Shown here: piece by piece, positions 1 to 9,597 of the stretch | How the letters are laid out: every line of letters starts with the position of its first letter | How positions within the stretch are numbered: the stretch's first letter is position 1 | Source: Bryobacterales bacterium | GTDB lineage: Bacteria; Acidobacteriota; Terriglobia; Bryobacterales; Bryobacteraceae | Reading direction: 5' to 3' | Assembly (NCBI GenBank): GCA_020854055.1 | Contig: JADZGD010000011.1 | Location: forward strand, 17,752-81,751 | DNA: 64,000 nt | Made by a program: the position numbers and the translations under genes | Notes under the pieces: model-generated | Told to the model about the DNA's origin: nothing | What the model saw: the letters and a program-made list of their open reading frames with translations, nothing else | Databases searched by the model: none

Positions 1-1216
1 GGAGAGATCCAACCGCCGTGCAGTTCATATCCGCCGCGCTCTCCAATTTGAAGTCGGGCTCCGCCTCCGGTCCGCGCCGGTTATGGAACCAGCGGCAGAA
101 CCAGTCCGTAGTTGCCAGCCGCAGCTTCATCGTCATCGCGTGAGGGTCGCCGGCCTCCACGGTGGAAAACTTCTCCCCAACCCCCATCAGCTCGTATCGC
201 GCCCTGATTTCATCTGCGGCTCGCTTGAAACCCGGACGGCTGAAGTGCTCAACCGTAGCCAGTAATGGCCGCGGAGCGATGGCCGTGTGCAAGTCCGGAA
301 AATCAATTCCGTAAATTGCCGCGGGGAAAAAATGCTGTTCCGCATCGCCCGTTCCAAGAACCATTTCAGGCCGGACGATAACCGGCCAGGCGTGATCGGT
401 GCCGCCTTCGTTCACCGCCACGCACTTCACGCGCTCATCCAGCGCGCTGATGAACAGCGTCATCGTGCCGCCGCCAGAGTGTCCGCAACAGCCAATGCGT
501 TCCGGGTCTACTTCCGGACGGCTCAGCAAATAGTCCATCGATCGCATCCCATCCCAGATCCGGTAGCGCGCCAGGTCCTCGCCCACCAGCAACAGCAGCT
601 GTCCGGCCAGCGAATGTTCCCACGTAACGGGACCGCCGATTTCGTTTCGGTTCGTCAGAGGATTCCAGAAATACCGCCGCTCACCCTGCCCGATCGGGTC
701 ATAGGCCAGCACGGCAAAACCCTGCCTCACCAGGCTCAAGTAGAGGTACTGATACTCGGGATGCAGACGCGCATCGGGATAATGCCCGCACGGCGAGATG
801 ATGCCCGGAAACGGGCCTTTGCCGGTGGTCGGAACGTACAGGCTTGCAGTCACCCGGAAATCCGGCTGACTCTCGAACATGACAACCTCGATCCGGTACC
901 CATCCCGCTCCAGCCGCCGCACCACAACCGGCTTGAGCGGCGTGCGCGCCGGTAGGCCGTGAATCATTTCGATACACCGCGCCTGTACGAACCGGTTGCG
1001 CTTCTCTAAAGCCGCCGCGGTCCGTATCGCGGCGCGCTTGCCATCCCATTCGGCCGCTAGCGTATTCAGCCCGTTGGCAAGATAGTTGAGCAGCATATCC
1101 GGCAACTCGTTGCCGAACGGCTGCATTTCATCAGCGCCACGCGTCACGCGACTCACTGCCGCCGCGCCGCCCGGTAGCGCCGCGGCTTGTTTGAGAAATG
1201 CTCTCCGGTTTTGCAT
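1..1216 (-). CDS. Tat-signal alpha/beta hydrolase (acetyl-xylan-esterase / dienelactone-hydrolase-like); 3' end runs off the left edge of the window
   Basis: Absent from the ORF track because its stop lies outside the window. My own minus-strand translation from the ATG at 1216 gives MQNRRAFLKQAAALPGGAAA (twin-arginine signal). It continues to ...YDPIGQGERRYFW...DYLLSRPEVDPERIGCCGHSGGGTM, with the GxSxG nucleophile elbow encoded near 455-480. It is clearly paralogous to the N-terminal half of the CDS at 58134..60260. Confidence 0.75.
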   Translation of the reverse strand, partial: MQNRRAFLKQAAALPGGAAAVSRVTRGADEMQPFGNELPDMLLNYLANGLNTLAAEWDGKRAAIRTAAALEKRNRFVQARCIEMIHGLPARTPLKPVVVRRLERDGYRIEVVMFESQPDFRVTASLYVPTTGKGPFPGIISPCGHYPDARLHPEYQYLYLSLVRQGFAVLAYDPIGQGERRYFWNPLTNRNEIGGPVTWEHSLAGQLLLLVGEDLARYRIWDGMRSMDYLLSRPEVDPERIGCCGHSGGGTMTLFISALDERVKCVAVNEGGTDHAWPVIVRPEMVLGTGDAEQHFFPAAIYGIDFPDLHTAIAPRPLLATVEHFSRPGFKRAADEIRARYELMGVGEKFSTVEAGDPHAMTMKLRLATTDWFCRWFHNRRGPEAEPDFKLESAADMNCTAVGSL

Positions 1217-1396
1217 CGTATGTGGTTTGCCGCCGGACAGTGCTTCAGTGCCCGCGTACATACTATATAGAATCCATCCGGCCCGTCCTGGCAAATCTTC
1301 CGGAACGCGGGATTCCGACGGCCCACGCCGTCGTTGCTTTTCCGAATCCTGCACTCGCATCGCAAGCGCTTATACTGGAAATCCGACCGGCTAAAC

Positions 1397-3508
1397 ATGC
1401 GAACACTCTCTATTGCCTTACTACTAAGCGCCACCGCCGCGCTGGGACAGATCGGAAACGCCACCTGGGCGGCCGCCGTTTCGAGGCATTTCACCGAACC
1501 CGCATGGTGGGACCAGGGCGTGGTCTTCGTCGGCAACTGGGAACCCCTCATCTTCCGCCTGCGCCACGGCGGCGCCAACATGCCCGTCGACATGGTCGAT
1601 TCCTACAACCGCGAACACAGCGAAGATACCGTGCTCACACTGAAGCGGGCCGGCGTGAACATGATCATCACCAACTTCTACAAGATGGGAATCGCTGCTG
1701 AACGGGAAGATATCGAAGCCGCCAGGCGTCTCGCCGTACTCTGCCACAAACATGGCATGAAGATCGGAACCTACATCGGACGAACCATGTTCGCCGAGAC
1801 CCTGCTCCGCGATCTACCCGAAGCCAAAGCCTGGATCCGCCGCGACGAACACGGAGACCCCATTCGGTATGCCGCGCAGACCTACCGCTATCGTCCCGAT
1901 TTCAACCACCCCGGGTACGTCGAATACATGAAGAAGATTTCTCGAATGGCCATCGAATACATCCACACCGATCTGATTCACTTCGATAACCACGCCCTCA
2001 TCGCGCCGCCCTGGACCGGCGCAACTCCGGAGATCAACCGCCGCTTCCGCGAATTTCTACACCGCAAATACACCCCCGCCCAGTTGAAGCAGCGGTTGGG
2101 ATTTTCCGATATTAGCGCGGTTACCGTGCCTTCCTGGCAAGGGATTTCCCACCCGTCGGAAATTTCCCCAATCACCGACCCCGTCATGCAGGAGTGGATC
2201 GATTTCCGCTGCCAGGATTTCGCCGAATATTACGGCAAAGTGGCCGATTACATCCATAAATTAGATCCCAACGTCGTGGTGGAGCTGAACCCCCACGGCA
2301 TCTACGGAACGAACCGGGCCTTCCTGAACGGGGTCGATCATGCCCGCCTCGTGCCGCACGGGTCCGTGTTCTGGAGCGAAGAGCCCAATGAAGCGCAGGT
2401 GGACGGCCAGGGCAACCTCATCTCCAAGATCCGCTCCATGAAACTCGCGCGCAGCCTGAACCAGACTCTGTTCTCCTACACGGGCACCGCCCGCTCCGAT
2501 CCGGAAAAGCGGTCTCACCGGTTGCTGATGGCTGAATCCATGGCCTTCAACCGCAACTCCCTGGGAGATGTCGGCGATCCGTTAGAAGTCACCGGACTCG
2601 ATCAGGATGCCCTTACGTACATCCGCTTCTACCACCGTCACAATGCGCACTTCTCATCCACGCGCGTCGTCGCCGACGTCGCCCTGCTGCGCTCGTTCCC
2701 GTCGCTGGCCTACAACAGCGTGGAACCGCAACTGGAAACCACCCTCGCCGAGCAGTTGCTGATCCAATACAAGATTCCATTTGAGTACGTCTTCGATCAA
2801 GATCTCCCAAACCTCTCCCGTTACCGCGCCGTCATCCTGGCGGACCAGGAATCGCTTTCTGACAAAGCCGCCGAACAACTGAGTAACTATGTGAACCACG
2901 GAGGCGGCCTCCTGGCCACCGGACGTACATCGCTCTACAATGACTGGCGCCGCAATCGCGGAGATTTCGCGCTGGCTGCCACCCTCGGCGTGCATTATTT
3001 GCCTGGTAAACTTCCCGCCGCCTCTCGCCATGAATTCGGCCGTGGCCGCGCCGCCTATATCCCGGCCATTGAAAGCGTCGATCACATTCCAGGACTCGGT
3101 CCGGGCAAGGCCCCCGGGCCGGCCGGCGCCGGTGCATTCGGGAATCGCTATTGGAAGACGCCGCGCAACTCCGAAGAACTTCTCCGGGCGTTGCGCTGGG
3201 TAATCCGGGAACCCTTCTCGGTGGAGTTCGAAAACGCCCCCCTCACCACCGTAATGGAGTTGACCGAAAAAACGGGCGGCCGCGAACGCATCCTCCACTG
3301 GCTCAACTATAAACTCCCAACGGCTGTTGAACCCACGTACGTAACCGTATCCACCGGCGAAAACACCAAGGTCGCCTCAATCGAAGTGCTCTCGCCCGGC
3401 CGCCCGGCGGCCGCGACAATACCGTTTGAGCAAAACAGGAATCGCGTGCGCTTCCAAATGCCCGCGCTCGAGGTCTACAACATGGCCGTCATCCGCCTTG
3501 CAAGATAA
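1397..3508 (+). CDS. secreted glycoside-hydrolase-like protein (GH42-like TIM barrel plus GATase1-like C-terminal module)
   Basis: ORF 1334..3508. The internal ATG at 1397 gives the signal peptide MRTLSIALLLSATAALGQ. The C-terminal stretch AVILADQESLSDKAAEQLSNYVNHGGGLLATGRTSLYNDW resembles the GH42 trimerisation/GATase1-like module. The family call is tentative. Confidence 0.55.
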   Translation: MRTLSIALLLSATAALGQIGNATWAAAVSRHFTEPAWWDQGVVFVGNWEPLIFRLRHGGANMPVDMVDSYNREHSEDTVLTLKRAGVNMIITNFYKMGIAAEREDIEAARRLAVLCHKHGMKIGTYIGRTMFAETLLRDLPEAKAWIRRDEHGDPIRYAAQTYRYRPDFNHPGYVEYMKKISRMAIEYIHTDLIHFDNHALIAPPWTGATPEINRRFREFLHRKYTPAQLKQRLGFSDISAVTVPSWQGISHPSEISPITDPVMQEWIDFRCQDFAEYYGKVADYIHKLDPNVVVELNPHGIYGTNRAFLNGVDHARLVPHGSVFWSEEPNEAQVDGQGNLISKIRSMKLARSLNQTLFSYTGTARSDPEKRSHRLLMAESMAFNRNSLGDVGDPLEVTGLDQDALTYIRFYHRHNAHFSSTRVVADVALLRSFPSLAYNSVEPQLETTLAEQLLIQYKIPFEYVFDQDLPNLSRYRAVILADQESLSDKAAEQLSNYVNHGGGLLATGRTSLYNDWRRNRGDFALAATLGVHYLPGKLPAASRHEFGRGRAAYIPAIESVDHIPGLGPGKAPGPAGAGAFGNRYWKTPRNSEELLRALRWVIREPFSVEFENAPLTTVMELTEKTGGRERILHWLNYKLPTAVEPTYVTVSTGENTKVASIEVLSPGRPAAATIPFEQNRNRVRFQMPALEVYNMAVIRLAR

Positions 3509-3562
3509 CGGCGGCCAACGGCCCGGCATCGATCCGGTACAATATCCGCCAGTCGAACCGCC

Positions 3563-4921
3563 ATGATTCTCAACCGCCGGCAGTTTCTTTACACCGCGGC
3601 CGCTCCGCTTGCCGCCCGCCCTGCTCCGCCTCCCAACTTCGTCATCATCTTTCTTGACGACTCGGGCTACGCCGACTTCCACCCCTTCGGCAACCCCGCC
3701 TACCGCACACCAAACGTTCAGCGTCTCGCCTCACAGGGCTGCCGGTTCACAAACTTCTACGTCCCGCAAGCCATCTGCTCGGCCTCGCGCTCCGTGTTGC
3801 TCACCGGCTGCTACCCCGGCCGCACCAAACTGGTCGGAGCCATCGGCCCCGGCGCCCGCGGCCTCGATCCGTCTTTCGCCACCATGGGCCAGGTGCTCAA
3901 AACCGCCGGCTACCGCACCGCCTGCTTCGGCAAGTGGCACATCGGCGACCAGCCCGATACGCGCCCCAACGTCCGTGGCTTCGATGAATCCTGCGGCCTG
4001 ATGTACTCCAACGACATGTGGGAGTTCCACCCCCAGCACCCCGAAGCCTATATCGGCAAGCCTCTCCAGTTCTGGGAGAGCGGCAAGGTGAAAATTGCTC
4101 GTATGACCAAAGAGCACCAGCCGATGCTCACCACCTGGTACACCGAACACGCCGTCGATTTCATCCACCGCAATCGGAAAGATCCCTTCCTGCTCTACGT
4201 GCCTCACTCCATGCCCCACGTGCCGCTCTTTTGTAGTGACAAGTTCCGCGGTAGATCGGGCGCCGGCCTCTACGGCGATGTGATCGAGGAAATCGATTGG
4301 TCCGTCGGCGAGATCGCGAAGGCGCTGCACCGGGCCGGCCTCGACGGTAATACCCTGGTCCTGTTTACGTCCGATAACGGCCCCTGGACCTCCTACGGCA
4401 ATCATGCCGGTAAGACGCCGTTCCGCGAAGCGAAAGCCACCAGCTTTGACGGCGGCGTCCGCAGCGCCTGCATCGGCCGCTTCCCCGGACGCATCCCGGC
4501 CGGCTCGGTCTCGCACCGTATGTTCTCCACCGTGGACATCCTGCCTACCCTCGCTCACCTGGCGGGCGCCCGCCTGCCCTCGGACCCGATCGACGGTCTG
4601 GACGTCTGGGACCTCATCGCCGGCAAGCCCGGCGCGAAAAATCCGCACCAGTACTATCCGTTTTCCACGATCGACAGGCTGGAGGGTGTCCTCTCTTCCG
4701 ATGGACGCTGGAAGCTCCACCTGCCGCATCCATACCGGACCCTGGTCCGCGCCGGAAACGGCGGCCAGGCCGGCGTCTATCGCCAGGCCCGGATCGAACT
4801 CTCACTCTTCGACATGGAAGCCGATCCGTACGAGAAAACCAACGTAATCAGCAGGTACCCTGAGATTGCCGCCCAACTGCAAACCTGGGCCGAACAGCAG
4901 CGCCGCCAGTTCTATGATTGA
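3563..4921 (+). CDS. Cys-type sulfatase (arylsulfatase A family), Tat/Sec signal
   Basis: N-terminus MILNRRQFLYTAAAPLAA. Metal-site motif FVIIFLDDSGYADF. Formylglycine motif C-S-A-S-R followed by SVLLTG (Cys codon at 3776..3778). Confidence 0.9.
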   Translation: MILNRRQFLYTAAAPLAARPAPPPNFVIIFLDDSGYADFHPFGNPAYRTPNVQRLASQGCRFTNFYVPQAICSASRSVLLTGCYPGRTKLVGAIGPGARGLDPSFATMGQVLKTAGYRTACFGKWHIGDQPDTRPNVRGFDESCGLMYSNDMWEFHPQHPEAYIGKPLQFWESGKVKIARMTKEHQPMLTTWYTEHAVDFIHRNRKDPFLLYVPHSMPHVPLFCSDKFRGRSGAGLYGDVIEEIDWSVGEIAKALHRAGLDGNTLVLFTSDNGPWTSYGNHAGKTPFREAKATSFDGGVRSACIGRFPGRIPAGSVSHRMFSTVDILPTLAHLAGARLPSDPIDGLDVWDLIAGKPGAKNPHQYYPFSTIDRLEGVLSSDGRWKLHLPHPYRTLVRAGNGGQAGVYRQARIELSLFDMEADPYEKTNVISRYPEIAAQLQTWAEQQRRQFYD

Positions 4922-4931
4922 CGCCGGAAGC

Positions 4932-5966
4932 CTATGAGGGTTCGCTCCAGTCCAGCACCACTTTGCCCGAAGTACCCTGCCGCATGGCCGCAAAACCCTC
5001 CCCAAAACCCGTGTACGGCAGCCGGTGCGTAATCACCGGCGCAATGTCCAGGCCGGATTCCAGCATCACCGTCATCTTGTACCAGGTCTCGTACATCTCC
5101 CGGCCATAGATGCCCTTGATGGTTAGCATGTTGAAGATCACCTTCGTCCAGTCGATCGAAAGCTCCTTCGACGGAATCCCCAGCAGCGCGATCTTCCCGC
5201 CGTGGCTCATGTTGGCCAGCATCTCGTGGAACGCATTGGCGTTACCCGAAACCTCCATCCCCACGTCAAACCCCTCGTGCATCCCCAGTCGTTTTTGTAC
5301 TACCCCCAGCGGCGTCTCGCGCGCATCCACCGCCAGCGTCACGCCCACCTTCCGCGCCAGTTCCAGCCGCCATGGGTTCACGTCGGTGATCACTACATAG
5401 CGCGCCCCGGCATGGCGTGCCACCGCCGCCGCCATGATTCCAATCGGCCCGGCGCCCGTGATCAGCACGTCTTCGCCCAGTACCGGAAACGACAGTGCCG
5501 TGTGTACCGCGTTGCCGAACGGATCGAAGATCGCCGCCACCTCCAGTGGAATGCCCGGCGCATGGCGCCAGATGTTAGTCACCGGCAGCGAGATCAGCTC
5601 CGCGAACGCGCCCGGACGATTCACCCCAACCCCCGCCGTCTTCGCGCACAGGTGCCGCCGCCCCGCCAGGCAGTTCCGGCACCGCCCGCAAACCACGTGC
5701 CCTTCGCCGCTCACAATCTCGCCCGGATGAAAATCGGAGACGTTGGAGCCAACCTCCACAATTTCGCCCACGAACTCGTGGCCAATCACCATCGGAACGG
5801 GAATCGTCGCCGCCGCCCAATCGTCCCATTCGAAAATGTGCAGGTCCGTGCCGCAAATGCCCGTCTTCAGTACCCGGATCAGTACGTCATTAATTCCGAT
5901 ACCCGGCTCGGGAACCTCTTCCAGCCAGAGTCCCGGCTCGCGGCTTCGCTTGACCAGTGCTTTCAT
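4932..5966 (-). CDS. tdh: L-threonine 3-dehydrogenase (zinc-dependent MDR family)
   Basis: [73 protein letters not shown] matches the Tdh signature region. The start at 5966 is preferred because GGAGG lies about 8 nt upstream. Confidence 0.9.
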   Translation of the reverse strand: MKALVKRSREPGLWLEEVPEPGIGINDVLIRVLKTGICGTDLHIFEWDDWAAATIPVPMVIGHEFVGEIVEVGSNVSDFHPGEIVSGEGHVVCGRCRNCLAGRRHLCAKTAGVGVNRPGAFAELISLPVTNIWRHAPGIPLEVAAIFDPFGNAVHTALSFPVLGEDVLITGAGPIGIMAAAVARHAGARYVVITDVNPWRLELARKVGVTLAVDARETPLGVVQKRLGMHEGFDVGMEVSGNANAFHEMLANMSHGGKIALLGIPSKELSIDWTKVIFNMLTIKGIYGREMYETWYKMTVMLESGLDIAPVITHRLPYTGFGEGFAAMRQGTSGKVVLDWSEPS

Positions 5967-6071
5967 GCCGGCCGCCTCCAATCTTGTTTATGAGACATTT
6001 GTTCACTATCGTAGATCAGCCGCCCGTCAGGATGCAAGATATTTTCTTGGATGCTGGATCTACCGCCGCCC

Positions 6072-6698
6072 TCAGTGATAGATGTCCACCAGAAACATCA
6101 CCGCCTCCCCCTCCCCCGCATTCACAATCGCGTGCGCCACATCGGCCCGGTAAGTCACCGAATCTCCCGCCGCCAGCACCTCGGCGTCCTCCCCCGATTC
6201 CACCCGCACCCTGCCCGACTGCACCGTCAGAAACTCCCGCGTGCCCGTGTAGTGCGCCTCGCTGCGCAGCGCCCCGCCCCGCCCCAGCCGCACTTCGTAA
6301 AACTCCACGTCCTTTTCCAGGTGCAGCGGCGAGAGCGTCCGTACCCGGCAGTTCCTCTCCGAACGGAAATGAAACGCCCGGTCCGCGGCGCGAATCACCT
6401 CCATCGAAGACGCGCTCCCCGGCGATTGCACCAGTTCCCCAATCGACAACTCGAACGCATGCGCAATCGCCATCGTCACCGCCAGCGTCGGATTCGCCTG
6501 CCCCCGCTCGATCTGGCTCAACATCGCCCGGCTTACTCCGCACCGCTGCGACAGCGTCTCGAGCGACCATCCCCGCTGCGCCCGCAACCTCTTTACCCGC
6601 ACCGAAAGCTGCGCCGCAACCGCCGCCGGCGAGCGCGATGGCTTCACACTCTTCTTCATCGCCGTGGCCGGCTTTTTAGCGTTCACCATACCAGACAC
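6072..6698 (-). CDS. XRE-family HTH transcriptional regulator with C-terminal cupin domain
   Basis: HTH segment LSQRCGVSRAMLSQIERGQANPTLAVTMAIAHAF, followed by a cupin-like C-terminus (GDSVTYRADVAHAIVNAGEGEAV). The start codon is uncertain because there are several in-frame Met codons. Confidence 0.85.
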   Translation of the reverse strand: MSGMVNAKKPATAMKKSVKPSRSPAAVAAQLSVRVKRLRAQRGWSLETLSQRCGVSRAMLSQIERGQANPTLAVTMAIAHAFELSIGELVQSPGSASSMEVIRAADRAFHFRSERNCRVRTLSPLHLEKDVEFYEVRLGRGGALRSEAHYTGTREFLTVQSGRVRVESGEDAEVLAAGDSVTYRADVAHAIVNAGEGEAVMFLVDIYH

Positions 6699-6722
6699 AT
6701 TCTTTCATAATGGCCGGACCAA

Positions 6723-6770
6723 AACATGTTCCTCGCACCCTACAATGTTACGGTGGACCAACCAAAGGAG
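6723..6770 (+). promoter_or_regulatory. candidate promoter/operator upstream of the GH35 gene
   Basis: Perfect 8-bp palindrome AACATGTT at 6723..6730. Related half-site ACAATGTT overlapping a TACAAT -10-like hexamer at 6741..6746. AAGGAG at 6765..6770, 13 nt before the ATG at 6784. There is no convincing -35. Confidence 0.25.
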
Positions 6771-6783
6771 AATTCTGAATCCC

Positions 6784-8586
6784 ATGGCGAAACTCACCCG
6801 GCGAACGCTGCTCACCATCGCCCCCGCGGCGTATTCCCATGCCGCCGCCCCTGCTGCCCCCCGCCGCTTCCAATTCGACTCCACCCGCTTTCTGCTCGAC
6901 GGCCGGCCCTTCACCATGATCTCGGGTGAAATGCAGCCCGCGCGAATTCCCCACCAGTATTGGACCCACCGCATCCGGATGGCCAAAGCCATGGGCTGCA
7001 ACACCATCGCCTGCTACGTTTTCTGGAGCTTCCACGAGCCGGCCGAGGCCCGCTTCGACTTCACCTCTCCCGAACGCGATATCGCCCGCTTCCTCCATGC
7101 CTGCGCCGCCGAAGGCCTCCCCGTCATCCTCCGCCCCGGCCCCTACTGCTGCGCTGAATGGGACTTCGGCGCGCTTCCACCCTACCTGCTCCGCATCCCC
7201 GACATCAAAATCCGCTGCCTCGATCCGCGCTACATGGCCGCCGCCGGCCGCTACCTCCGTGCGCTCGCCCGCGTCATCAAGCCTCTTATGTGGCACCAGG
7301 GCGGACCCGTCCTGATGGTTCAAATCGAAAACGAGTACGGCAGCTACGGCAACGATCGCGCCTATCTCGAACGCCTCCGCCAAATCTGGATTGACGAGGG
7401 CGTTCAGGGCCCATTCTTTACCGCCGACGGTCCTACGCCCGCCCTGCTCGAAGCCGGATCGCTCCCCACGGCCGCCGTCGGTCTCGATGGCGCTCCCACC
7501 GCCGAAGGCTTCGACCTTGCGCACAAGATGCGTCCCGGCGTGCCGGTTCTTGCCAGCGAAGTCTACCCCGGCTGGCTCACCCACTGGGGAGAACCCTGGG
7601 CCCGGGTGAAAACCGAAAAACTCCTCGGCCAGGTTCGCTTCCTTCTCGATAACCACCATTCGTTCAATCTCTATCTGGTCCACGGTGGAACCAGCTTCGA
7701 TTTCATTGCCGGCGCCAACTCTGGCGGCAAAGGCTATCAGCCCGACGTCACCAGCTACGATTACGACTCCCCCATCAACGAACAGGGCCGTCCCACCCCC
7801 AAGTACCACGCCCTGCGCAGCCTCTTCGCCACCCCTGCCACCCCCGCAATCCCCGAGCCAATCCCGGCCATGTCCGTATCGCCCATCACGCTCCGCCCGC
7901 ACGCCTCGCTATGGGATAACCTCGGCGCGCCGCTCGCCAGCATTCAGCCCCGCCCCATGGAGGAATACGGCCAGTACCAGGGCTTAATCGTTTACGAAGC
8001 CGCGTTGATCGGCCCCAAGAGCGGCAAACTCGTTCTCACCCACCTGCACGACTACGCAACCATCTTCGTGGACGACGCCTACATCGGCACGCTCGACCGC
8101 CGCCAGGCCCAGTCCACCCTCGAACTGCCCCCGCCCGCCACCGCCACACCCCGGCTCACCATCCTGGTCGAAGCCATGGGCCGCATCAACTTCGGCCCCC
8201 AAATGATCGACCGGAAAGGAATCACCGATCACGTCACCCTGAACAACACAACCCTGATGAACTGGCGTGTCTACCGGTTGCCGCTGGAATGCGACTGGGT
8301 GGAAGCCCTCAAGCCCGCGCCCGCCGGCCACCGCCCCGGCGTCTTCTTCCGCGGTGAGTTCCACCTCGCCACCGCCGCCGACACCTTCCTCGATCTCTCC
8401 CACTGGACCAAGGGTATCGTCTGGGTCAACGGCCGCAACCTCGGACGTTATTGGAACATCGGCCCCCAGCAGCGCCTCTTCTGTCCTGGCGTCTGGCTGC
8501 GGCAAGGTTCGAATCGCATAACCGTCTTTGACCTCCACCAGACCGAACCGGCGCCCATTGCAGGCTTTCCCGAAATGAACGTCTGA
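6784..8586 (+). CDS. beta-galactosidase, glycoside hydrolase family 35
   Basis: Tat-like N-terminus MAKLTRRTLLTIAPAAY. GH35 hallmarks CYVFWSFHEP and VQIENEYGSYG. Confidence 0.9.
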   Translation: MAKLTRRTLLTIAPAAYSHAAAPAAPRRFQFDSTRFLLDGRPFTMISGEMQPARIPHQYWTHRIRMAKAMGCNTIACYVFWSFHEPAEARFDFTSPERDIARFLHACAAEGLPVILRPGPYCCAEWDFGALPPYLLRIPDIKIRCLDPRYMAAAGRYLRALARVIKPLMWHQGGPVLMVQIENEYGSYGNDRAYLERLRQIWIDEGVQGPFFTADGPTPALLEAGSLPTAAVGLDGAPTAEGFDLAHKMRPGVPVLASEVYPGWLTHWGEPWARVKTEKLLGQVRFLLDNHHSFNLYLVHGGTSFDFIAGANSGGKGYQPDVTSYDYDSPINEQGRPTPKYHALRSLFATPATPAIPEPIPAMSVSPITLRPHASLWDNLGAPLASIQPRPMEEYGQYQGLIVYEAALIGPKSGKLVLTHLHDYATIFVDDAYIGTLDRRQAQSTLELPPPATATPRLTILVEAMGRINFGPQMIDRKGITDHVTLNNTTLMNWRVYRLPLECDWVEALKPAPAGHRPGVFFRGEFHLATAADTFLDLSHWTKGIVWVNGRNLGRYWNIGPQQRLFCPGVWLRQGSNRITVFDLHQTEPAPIAGFPEMNV

Positions 8587-8595
8587 GGCGCGCTG

Positions 8596-9597
8596 CTACT
8601 GCACCAGTCCCAGTTGCTCCCGCGCATAAGCAACACTCGAGCGCACATTCGCCTGCTCCAGGCCAAGGCGCGCCTCCCGGCTCATCGCATCCGGCCGTGC
8701 CAGCGGCGCCGCTGCCCGGTTCGCCCGCACCCGCCGCAGCGCCCGCGCCAGGTACACGCCGTTACGATCCCCGAACGTCGCCCAGTACTTCTCCGTCAAA
8801 CATGGAATCTGCAACGGATTGCGCGTCAGCATGTCCAGCGAGAATCGCACCCGCGGCCGCGCCCGCCGTATGATCCCCAGCATCTGCTTCAATGGCAGGA
8901 ACCCCTCGCCCAACGCCACCTCGGACATCAGGAAACCGCCTTCGTACTCCTCCACCGCAACGTCTTTAATATGGGAGTTCACCGCAAACGGAGCTAGCGC
9001 CCGGGCCACCTCCAACGGATCGTCCAGCAGCGCCACGTTGTTCCCCCAGTCGATGCATGCCCCCAGGTATTCGCTCGAATATCCCTTCAGCAGTGGAACC
9101 ATCTCCGCCGCCGTCCAGTCTTTGTGGTTCTCCATCCCCAGTGGGATCCGAACCCTCTCCACAATCCGCACCGCGCTCGCCAACCGCCTGTGCGACTCCT
9201 CCACAAACCCCTTCCACTCCTCTCGCGTGGAGAAGTTCTCGTACCGCCGGCCCGTCAGGCACACCGACCGCAAACTCAACGCCCCCGCTTCCTTCGCTGC
9301 CCGCGCCACCGCTTCAAAGCGCGGCTCATCGCCATTGGGCAGCGCCAGGCTCACCTCCACATACATCCCCAACCGCTCTGCCCGCTCGCGAAGCGCGCGG
9401 ATCAACTCCCGGCCTCCCGTCGCCGGCAAAGCCACCTGCACGCCTCCAGCGCCCCGCTCGTAAGCGTATTGAAGATACTCCAGCGCCGGCTTGCGCTCGC
9501 CCGCCACAATGAAACAGTCCGGCGAAAAACCCATCGACGAGCGCGCCGGCCCCATCGCCGCCACCGCTGCCGAGCCGAGAAACCCGCGCCGCGTCAT
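8596..9597 (-). CDS. Tat-signal sugar phosphate isomerase/epimerase (xylose-isomerase-like TIM barrel)
   Basis: MTRRGFLGSAAVAAMG signal. TIM-barrel-like body (GMENH..., CIDWGN..., HIKD). Its ATG overlaps the stop of the upstream oxidoreductase as ATGA (9594..9597). Confidence 0.8.
   Translation of the reverse strand: MTRRGFLGSAAVAAMGPARSSMGFSPDCFIVAGERKPALEYLQYAYERGAGGVQVALPATGGRELIRALRERAERLGMYVEVSLALPNGDEPRFEAVARAAKEAGALSLRSVCLTGRRYENFSTREEWKGFVEESHRRLASAVRIVERVRIPLGMENHKDWTAAEMVPLLKGYSSEYLGACIDWGNNVALLDDPLEVARALAPFAVNSHIKDVAVEEYEGGFLMSEVALGEGFLPLKQMLGIIRRARPRVRFSLDMLTRNPLQIPCLTEKYWATFGDRNGVYLARALRRVRANRAAAPLARPDAMSREARLGLEQANVRSSVAYAREQLGLVQ

Noticed and set aside
287-955. 222-aa plus-strand ORF and the other small ORFs at 83..1049
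   Set aside because: They are shadow ORFs opposite the truncated alpha/beta-hydrolase gene. That gene was missed by the track because its stop is off-window, and it shows a Tat signal and a GHSGGG nucleophile elbow.
5957-6710. Pro/Arg/Ser-rich ORFs (240 aa, 219 aa, 184 aa) overlapping the XRE regulator
   Set aside because: Extreme low-complexity composition with no start context. They overlap a regulator gene that has a clear HTH and cupin.
6748-7902. 384-aa minus-strand ORF
   Set aside because: Antisense to the GH35 gene, which carries the diagnostic ENEYG motif. Gly/Ala/Arg-rich shadow ORF.
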